Origin: a virus
Taxonomy: Duplodnaviria; Caudoviricetes
Length of the DNA stretch: 56,132 nucleotides
Direction: 5' to 3' (one strand)
Virus record (IMG/VR): IMGVR_UViG_3300013131_000051
Location: 1 to 56,132 of that record
Shown piece after piece: positions 55,767 through 56,132 of the stretch (the stretch's first letter is position 1; each line of letters starts with the position of its first letter). The notes below the pieces were generated by a model. It had not been told where the DNA came from and did not search any database. It saw only the letters and a list, made by a program, of their open reading frames with translations. A program made the translations under genes and the position numbers.

Positions 55767-56132
55767 ATGAGAAATATAAAAAAAAGATTATACACTGAGG
55801 GCATTTCAAAAAAGGAGTTTATAAGACTTATGGAAGCTCCAATTGACTATGAAGGGCCCGAAAGAATGGCAGGTGATGTTGAAAGAAAAATTCTATCAAA
55901 ACAAACTCCATATTCAAACTTTCCTGCAATACCTAATATGGACAGAGACTTTGTTGAGTTAATATCCTCAAAACGATTCAAAGACTCGGTTGAGAAAGTT
56001 AGAATGGCAATGGGAGATACAAGAGTAATTCAAGGAGGAAACGCTCTTATGCAACTTATGATGACCGTTGGACAAGCAATGCAAAGACTTGTTATGATTC
56101 AATCACAAAATAAAGAAGAGTTGGAAGCTTTG
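55767..56132 (+). CDS. Hypothetical protein, truncated by window end (not in ORF track)
   Basis: Open frame MRNIKKRLYTEG...EAPIDYEGPERM... running to the last base. Confidence 0.7.
   Translation, partial: MRNIKKRLYTEGISKKEFIRLMEAPIDYEGPERMAGDVERKILSKQTPYSNFPAIPNMDRDFVELISSKRFKDSVEKVRMAMGDTRVIQGGNALMQLMMTVGQAMQRLVMIQSQNKEELEAL

Noticed and set aside
2435-55809. Short alternate-frame and antisense ORFs in the track (e.g. 2435, 3499, 7717, 7972, 20061, 34112, 40804, 41368, 44889, 52175, 55477)
   Set aside because: They are nested in or antisense to well-supported genes, have no motifs, and are best explained as shadow ORFs.
1-56132. Stop-codon reassignment as seen in some large phages
   Set aside because: Genes are long and intact in code 11. 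TAA, TAG (3728, 6083, 43927) and TGA all end genes at sensible operon junctions.
1-56132. tRNA or other structured RNA genes
   Set aside because: Intergenic gaps are short and AT-rich; only terminator hairpins were recognised.

Overview
AT-rich, densely packed 56 kb segment of a large (probably jumbo) tailed myovirus-type phage, read in the standard bacterial code. Bacteroidota-type promoters, A-rich leaders without Shine-Dalgarno sites, SprB-like repeats and an Hc1-like gene suggest a Bacteroidota host. From left to right it contains: the end of a DnaB/gp41-like helicase; a class II ribonucleotide reductase with a Ser-start LAGLIDADG intein just before the catalytic Cys; a ~27 kb baseplate/tail module rich in Cys, SprB-like repeats and Pro/Thr mucin-like tracts, with a DxD glycosyltransferase-like gene and RuvC inside it; primase, exonuclease and Mre11/Rad50 genes; an HNH+methyltransferase pair; a sigma-70 factor; an amidase lysis region; DnaJ; an RHH+LAGLIDADG+Dam cassette; and a family of likely internal head proteins sharing an N-terminal leader. 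The leading candidate for a new system is phage-encoded O-glycosylation of Pro/Thr-rich tail proteins. Other highlights are three apparent promoter classes, articulin-like VPV-repeat proteins and several short genes missing from the ORF track. All functional calls come from motif recognition by eye; no database searches were run.
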